DNA from: Acidimicrobiia bacterium
Lineage (GTDB): Bacteria; Actinomycetota; Acidimicrobiia; Acidimicrobiales; AC-14
Assembly (NCBI GenBank): GCA_023265045.1
Contig: JAHFUQ010000003.1
Span: 30,995 to 94,994, forward strand
DNA: 64,000 nt
Direction: 5' to 3'
Position numbers and translations under genes: made by a program. The notes beneath the pieces were generated by a model, which did no database searches, was not told the DNA's origin, and saw only the letters and a program-made list of their open reading frames with translations. This document shows, piece after piece, positions 58,949-64,000 of the stretch; positions within the stretch are counted from its first letter, which is position 1; the number at the start of each line of letters is the position of its first letter.

Positions 58949-60643
58949 TTACCGCTTGCAGTAAGCCGCCTCCGCGAACAGGCCGGTGTTCATGAGGTTG
59001 AAGCCGGTGCACTGGGCGTTCCAGACCCGGGTGTTCACCGTTTCGGCCAGCCAGATGTACGGGAGATCCTTGACGGCCAGGTCCTGGATCTTCTGGAAGA
59101 TCGCCTGGCGCTTGACCGGGTCGGCCTCGGTGGTCGACTGGTCCCACAGGGCGTCCATCTCGGGCGTCGAGTAGCCGGAGGCGTTGGTGAACGCTGTCGT
59201 GCTGATCTGGCTCGAGTGGTACTGGCGGCGGACGCCGATCAGGGGGTCGGCCTCGTTGCAGTACGAGATGGCCGACGTATCGAACTGGCGGTCACGGAAG
59301 ACGTTGGCCGACAGCGTCGGGTTGTCCTCCTGCTTGGTCTCGACGTCGATCCCGATCGCCTTCCACTGCTGCTTCAGCGACTGGCCGTAGTCGATCTGGC
59401 TGCCGACGAAACCGTGGTAGTCGATCTTGAACGGCGTGCCGTCGGGCACGCCGGCGATGCCCTTGGCGACCCTCGTGCCGCCCTGGTCGACCCAGCCCGC
59501 CTGGTCGAGCAGCGTCTTGGCCCGGGCCTGGTCGAACGCCGGCAGGGTGATGCCGGTCGCCTTCGCCACCCCGATCGCGGTGTTGATGGGCTGGGTCGCG
59601 AGCTTGCCCTGGCCGAACAGCACGGTGTCGAAGCCCTGCTGGCGGTTGGTCGCCGCCCACAGCGCCTGGCGCACTCTCACGTCGGAGAAGAAGCTGGTGC
59701 GGCCGGCGGGGGGCTTGAGGTTGAACGCCACCGTCAGCACGCAATTGCCGCCACCCGGGCCGCGGGGCGCATCGCCGGTGGTGAGGCCCTTGTCGGCCTT
59801 CACGGTGGCCAGGTCAGACCCCTGCACCGTCCAGACCCAGTCGACCTCGTGCTTCTGCACCGCGAGGGTCCGCGTGCCCGGGTCGGTGATGAAACGCTCG
59901 GTGAGGTTGTCGAGGTAGGGCAGCCCGCTGCGGAAGTAGTCCGGGTTGCGGGTCATCTTGATCTCGGTCGTGTCGTACGAGACGAACTTGAACGGACCGG
60001 TGCCCACGGGTGTCTTGTTGGCCGCGCACCCGGCGACGGTGTTGATGGTGGCGCCGCACGGCTCGTAGACCTTCTTGGGGATGATCGGCGCCTCGGTCAC
60101 GTTCAGCTGCTGCAGGAGCGGCGCGTAGGGCGCCGGGAACGTGAAGACGACGGTCTTGGGGTCCGGGGCGGTGATGGCGACCTTGGCCGCCGTGAGCGAC
60201 GCCGAGGTGCGGGAGTGGAACTTCAACAGCGCCTGCTCGAAGGTGAACTTCACGTCGTCGGACGTGAACGGCGAGCCGTCGTGGAACTTCACCCCGTCGC
60301 GCAAGGTGAACCGGTAGACGGCGCCGTTCTGCTCGATGGTCCAGCTCGCAGCCAGCTCGGGCGTGGGCTTGCCGTCCTTGTCGAGGCCGACAAGGCCGTT
60401 GAACATGGGCTCGGAGGCGGTGTGGACGCCGCCATTGGACGTCACCGCCGGGTTGAGGCTGCCCGGGTCGCCGCCGTCGAGGGCGACGACGAGCGTGCCA
60501 CCCCGCACCGGCTGTTCGGGCTGGGTGGTGGACGGCTGGGCCGTCTTGTTGCCGCCCTTTTCGTCCTTGGCGCAGCCTGCGGCGAGCAGGCTCAGAAGGG
60601 TCAAAGCGAGGGCCGTGCGGACGGCCCGACTACGCGTCCTCAT
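58949..60643 (-). CDS. ABC transporter substrate-binding lipoprotein (family 5, peptide/nickel type)
   Basis: ATG 60643 follows GGGAG. Lipobox LLAAGC. Family-5 SBP length and patterns (RGGTLVVAL..; FHDGSPFTSDDVKFTF). Confidence 0.85.
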   Translation of the reverse strand: MRTRSRAVRTALALTLLSLLAAGCAKDEKGGNKTAQPSTTQPEQPVRGGTLVVALDGGDPGSLNPAVTSNGGVHTASEPMFNGLVGLDKDGKPTPELAASWTIEQNGAVYRFTLRDGVKFHDGSPFTSDDVKFTFEQALLKFHSRTSASLTAAKVAITAPDPKTVVFTFPAPYAPLLQQLNVTEAPIIPKKVYEPCGATINTVAGCAANKTPVGTGPFKFVSYDTTEIKMTRNPDYFRSGLPYLDNLTERFITDPGTRTLAVQKHEVDWVWTVQGSDLATVKADKGLTTGDAPRGPGGGNCVLTVAFNLKPPAGRTSFFSDVRVRQALWAATNRQQGFDTVLFGQGKLATQPINTAIGVAKATGITLPAFDQARAKTLLDQAGWVDQGGTRVAKGIAGVPDGTPFKIDYHGFVGSQIDYGQSLKQQWKAIGIDVETKQEDNPTLSANVFRDRQFDTSAISYCNEADPLIGVRRQYHSSQISTTAFTNASGYSTPEMDALWDQSTTEADPVKRQAIFQKIQDLAVKDLPYIWLAETVNTRVWNAQCTGFNLMNTGLFAEAAYCKR

Positions 60644-60697
60644 GGGGAGAGCTCCCAACCTTTCATCGCCGTTGCGCCGCCGTGGCGCAAGGAAACG

Positions 60698-61219
60698 TCA
60701 GTCTACCGGCCGACCGGCGGGCGCCTTCGGTGGTGGACGCCGGCGATGCACGAGGCCGAGGCCGGCGATCCCCGCGACCAGGAAGCCGAGCCCGGGCCCG
60801 AGGTCGTTGCCGCCCCCCGTGTTGGGGTGCTCGACGATCGTCGGCGTCGTCGTCGTGGCGCCAAACAGGGTCGTCGTGGTCGTGGCGCCCGGGACCGTGG
60901 TGGTCGTGGCCAGCGTCGACCGGGTGATTGTGGTCGTCGCTTGGCCGGCCACCGATGTGGTCGTCGCTTGGCCGGCGACCGATGTGGTCGTCGCTTGGCC
61001 GGCGACCGATGTGGTCGTCACTTGGCCGGCGACCGACGTGGTCGGGGTCGTGCTCGTCGCGGGCCGGGTCGTGCTGGTCGTGATGGCCGTGGTGGTTGTG
61101 GCGCCAGGCCCGCTGGCCGTGTTCGTCTCGTCCCCGCGGCGCTTGATCACGGTGGCGACGCCGATGCCGAACAGGATCAGGATGAGGAAGATGAGAAGGT
61201 TACGGGGGGCGCGGCGCAC
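60698..61219 (-). CDS. Thr-rich repeat surface protein with sortase-signal-like C-terminus
   Basis: N-terminal TM/signal LLIFLILILFGIGVATVI, (TTTSVAGQA)x4, then HPNTGG + hydrophobic stretch + HRRRPPPK tail. Confidence 0.6.
   Translation of the reverse strand: MRRAPRNLLIFLILILFGIGVATVIKRRGDETNTASGPGATTTTAITTSTTRPATSTTPTTSVAGQVTTTSVAGQATTTSVAGQATTTSVAGQATTTITRSTLATTTTVPGATTTTTLFGATTTTPTIVEHPNTGGGNDLGPGLGFLVAGIAGLGLVHRRRPPPKAPAGRPVD
60930..61037. repeat. 4 x 27-bp coding tandem repeat
   Basis: gtggtcgtcgcttggccggcSaccgat reiterated; encodes TSVAGQ(A/V)TT units on the minus strand. Confidence 0.9.
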
Positions 61220-61232
61220 GTTGGGCGTGAGC

Positions 61233-62189
61233 CTATGGCAACCTCGATGACCAAATGAGCGATCCCCCTGCGGCGGCCAGGGCGAAGAGCAGCCCGAGAC
61301 CGACGAACCACGCCGTCACTTCGCGGGGCACCGTCCGGTACCCGATGGAGCTGCCGATGTCGGCGTAGACCTGCTTCAGCTCCTTGCCCGACGTTGCGTC
61401 GAACGCCTTGCCCCCGGTCGTCTCGGCCAACTGGCGCAGGGCGTCGCGGTTCACCGGCACGGGGACGAGCCGGCCCTCGACGGCCACCGTCCCGTCGTCG
61501 GTGCCGAAGGCGATGGTGTACACCGGGACCTTGGCCTCGGCTGCGGCCTGCCCGGCTTGCTCGTTCGGCCGGCCGACGGTGGTCTCGCCGTCGGACATGA
61601 GCACGATGCGGGCCGGCGGCTTGCTCTGGCCCGGCTCGCTCGGGACCGAGTTGATGCTTTGCAGCGACAGGAACACCGCCTCGCCGATGGCGGTGCGGGG
61701 GCCGAGCTCGAGGGTGGAGATGCTGCGTTTAACCAGGTCGTGGTCGGTGGTCGGCGACACCAGCACCTGCGCCGTGCCCGAGAACGACACGAGCCCCAGG
61801 TTCAGGCGGGCGGGGAGCAGGTCGACGAAGGAGGCGGCGGCGTCCTTGGCCGCGGCGATGCGCGTCGGGTTGACGTCGGTCGCCTCCATCGAGAGGGAGA
61901 CGTCGATGGCCATGACCACCGTCGCCCGCTCCCGCGGGACCTTCTCGGGACGGGACGGCTTGGCGAAGGCGGTGACGAACACCGTGAGCGCCATCAGCGA
62001 GGCGATGGCGGGAACGTGGCGCCGCCACGCCGGGCGCCTGGGCGCGATGCGGTCGAGCAGGGCCAGGTTGGTGAAGCGCACCGCGTAGTGCTTGCGGCGG
62101 AATTGCTGGACGACGTACACGGCGCCCAGCCCGGCGACGACCACGAGCAGCCACAGGCGGGCGCCGGCTTGGAAGCTGAGCGCGGTCAC
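61233..62189 (-). CDS. vWA domain protein (BatA-like) with N-terminal TM helices
   Basis: GTG 62189 overlaps the DUF58 stop (GTGA). MIDAS MAIDVSLSM, LVSFSG, VLMSDGETT. Confidence 0.85.
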   Translation of the reverse strand: MTALSFQAGARLWLLVVVAGLGAVYVVQQFRRKHYAVRFTNLALLDRIAPRRPAWRRHVPAIASLMALTVFVTAFAKPSRPEKVPRERATVVMAIDVSLSMEATDVNPTRIAAAKDAAASFVDLLPARLNLGLVSFSGTAQVLVSPTTDHDLVKRSISTLELGPRTAIGEAVFLSLQSINSVPSEPGQSKPPARIVLMSDGETTVGRPNEQAGQAAAEAKVPVYTIAFGTDDGTVAVEGRLVPVPVNRDALRQLAETTGGKAFDATSGKELKQVYADIGSSIGYRTVPREVTAWFVGLGLLFALAAAGGSLIWSSRLP

Positions 62190-63172
62190 GGCGTCGCCAC
62201 GGTCACATTGGTGGCAGGGGCCGGGGCGGTGAACCCCGCGCCCCGGCGCTTCGTCGTCACCACGAACTGCACGATGTCCCGTAGCCAATCACGGTCGGTG
62301 CGCAAGATCACGTGTTGGGCGCCAGCCCGGCGGATCGACGCCGCGATCTCGGCCCGCTCCGCGGCCGCCGCTTGGGCATACCGGTCGCGCAGGCCCTTCT
62401 TGGCCGTTTGGATCTCGCGGAGCCGCCCGGTCTCGGGGTCCACCACCGTCAGGTACCCGACGTTGGGCAGCTCCAGCTCCCGGGGGTCGACGATCTCGAT
62501 GGCCATCGTCTGGTGGCGGGTCGCCAGCGCCCGCAGCGGCCGCTCCCATCCCTTGGGCGAGAGGAAGTCGGACACGACCACCACCAGACCGCGCCGGCGG
62601 GGCGGCCGCAGCAGCATCTCGACGCCCGCGGCCAGGTCGGTCGAGCCGGCGCCGTCCCCGGTCGGTGGTTTGGTCAGCAGGGTGTGGAGGAGGGCGAGCA
62701 TGGCCTGGCGGCCCGGGCGGGCGGGCACCCGGGCGCTCCCGCCCGGCCACACCATGACCCCGCCCATGCGGTTGCCGGTGCGGGCCGTCAGGAAGGCGAT
62801 GGCGGCGGTGGCGGCCACGGCCAGGTCGCGCTTCTCGCACAGGGCGGTGCCGAACAGCAGGCTGGCCGAGCAGTCGACCAGCGCCCACGTCTCCAGCTCC
62901 CGGTCGGCAATCAGGTCCCGGACGTGGGGGACGGTCGTGCGGGCGGTCAGGTTCCAGTCCATGCGGCGGATGTCGTCCCCGGGCTGGTACTCGCGCCCCT
63001 CGCCCGGCTCGCTGCCGGGACCGGGCAGGAACCCCCCGTAATCGCCCTGGAGGAGGCCGTCGAGGCGGCGCGTGATGAGCAGGTCGAGCTGGCGCAGCAC
63101 CTCCTCGGCCCGCCCGATGCGGATCGACGGCGGCGCCACCCCCCACTGGCGGGCCGGGGCCGTGGGTTTCAC
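62186..63172 (-). CDS. DUF58 domain protein
   Basis: GREYQPGDDIRRMDWNLTARTTVPHVRD. Start uncertain (GTG 63172 lies inside the repeat). Confidence 0.8.
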   Translation of the reverse strand: MKPTAPARQWGVAPPSIRIGRAEEVLRQLDLLITRRLDGLLQGDYGGFLPGPGSEPGEGREYQPGDDIRRMDWNLTARTTVPHVRDLIADRELETWALVDCSASLLFGTALCEKRDLAVAATAAIAFLTARTGNRMGGVMVWPGGSARVPARPGRQAMLALLHTLLTKPPTGDGAGSTDLAAGVEMLLRPPRRRGLVVVVSDFLSPKGWERPLRALATRHQTMAIEIVDPRELELPNVGYLTVVDPETGRLREIQTAKKGLRDRYAQAAAAERAEIAASIRRAGAQHVILRTDRDWLRDIVQFVVTTKRRGAGFTAPAPATNVTVATP

Positions 63173-63329
63173 CGGGCCGCCGCCTTCGGCGGCCGCCCCG
63201 CTGAGCGGGGCTGCTGTGACACTGGCTCGCTCGCCTGCGGCTCGCTCACCGGGTCGCCGCCTTCGGCGGCCGCCCCGCTGAGCGGGGCTGCTGTGACACT
63301 GGTTCGCTCGCCTGCGGCTCGCTCACCGG
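63170..63329. repeat. 77-bp intercistronic tandem repeat (2 copies + 6 nt) with two GC hairpins per unit
   Basis: Units 63170-63246 and 63247-63323 are 75/77 identical. Hairpins GCCGCC-ttcg-GGCGGC and CCCCGC-tga-GCGGGG. The repeats fill the whole MoxR-DUF58 spacer. Confidence 0.9.
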
Positions 63330-64000
63330 ATGCTCCCGCCCGCAACGCTCGGCGGCGGGGGCGGGTACGAGGCGCCGGCGGCGACCTCCCCGGCCGACAT
63401 CCCCGCGGTCGGATCCTGGCTGGGGGCGAGCCGCGGCGCCGGCACCGCGGCGAGGACCTTCTGGATCAGGTCGTCGACCGGCACGCCGTCGGCCAGCGCC
63501 TCGTAGGACAGCACGAGGCGGTGACGCAGGACGTCGAGCCCGATATCGACCACGTCGATGGGAAGCACGTAGTCGCGACCTCGCAGCAGCGACAAGGCCC
63601 GGGCGCCGGCGATCAGGCCCAGGCTGGCGCGGGGGCTGGCGCCGTACGAGATCATCGGCGCCAGGTCGGGCAGCCCGTACTCGGCGGGCTCGCGGGTGGC
63701 GAACACGATGCGCACGGCGTAGTCCATGATCGCCCGATGGGCGAACACCGCGTCGGACGCCGCCTGGAGCCGGATGAGGTCGTCCAACTCGAGCACCCGG
63801 TTGGCGTGGGGCGGGTTCACGCCCATCCGCTGGACGATCTCCAGTTCCTCCGCCCTCGTCGGGTACCCCACGACCACCTTCATCAGGAACCGGTCGCGCT
63901 GCGCCTCCGGAAGGGCGTACACCCCCTCGGACTCGATCGGGTTCTGCGTGGCCATGACGAGGAACGGCCTCGGTACTTGGTGGGTCACGCCGCCGATCGA
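63323..64000 (-). CDS. MoxR family AAA+ ATPase, C-terminal part (5' end outside window)
   Basis: FLVMATQNPIESEGVYALPEAQRDRF, YGASPRASL. Frame open to the window edge. Confidence 0.85.
   Translation of the reverse strand, partial: SIGGVTHQVPRPFLVMATQNPIESEGVYALPEAQRDRFLMKVVVGYPTRAEELEIVQRMGVNPPHANRVLELDDLIRLQAASDAVFAHRAIMDYAVRIVFATREPAEYGLPDLAPMISYGASPRASLGLIAGARALSLLRGRDYVLPIDVVDIGLDVLRHRLVLSYEALADGVPVDDLIQKVLAAVPAPRLAPSQDPTAGMSAGEVAAGASYPPPPPSVAGGSIR

Noticed and set aside
63170-63329. Tandem repeats considered as a possible CRISPR array.
   Set aside because: The units are directly adjacent with no spacers. There are only about 2 copies of 77 bp. No cas genes are present in the window.

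Overview
The window is a roughly 72% GC, densely coding chromosomal segment that looks like Actinomycetota. I support about 65 genes. All family assignments come from motifs read by eye; no searches were run.

Core content:
- corA, partial at the left edge
- the nitrogen operon amtB-glnK-glnD
- the SOS mutasome split into dnaE2 (15.8-19.3 kb) and imuA'-imuB (26.4-28.8 kb), each preceded by a mycobacterial-type LexA box
- rnhB and selD
- peptide-type ABC transporter parts
- two MoxR-DUF58 operons, one with a transglutaminase-like gene (29.7-33.6 kb) and one with a vWA gene (61.2-64.0 kb, running off the right edge)

Accessory content:
- a STAS / CheB-like / CheR-PAS / PAS-GAF-ANTAR signalling cluster (19.4-24.1 kb) with no MCP, CheA or CheW
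- a possible split arginine dihydrolase / ornithine cyclodeaminase pair
- a low-GC toxin-like gene coupled to a YbjN-like gene
- a decayed Uma2 endonuclease gene
- several tandem or palindromic repeats

Most interesting locus: a tightly coupled five-gene minus-strand operon at 39.86-46.79 kb. It encodes, in order:
1. a caspase-like (C14) protease
2. an adjacent protein that shares a ~34-aa Gly/Val-rich, amyloid-signalling-like motif with the caspase
3. a MoxR-like AAA+ ATPase
4. a vWA-like protein with a degenerate MIDAS motif
5. a large protein combining an apparently inactivated CHAT-like domain with WD40 repeats

I read this as a candidate NTPase-gated cell-death or defence system.

Many long ORFs in the six-frame track are GC-driven shadow frames and were rejected.
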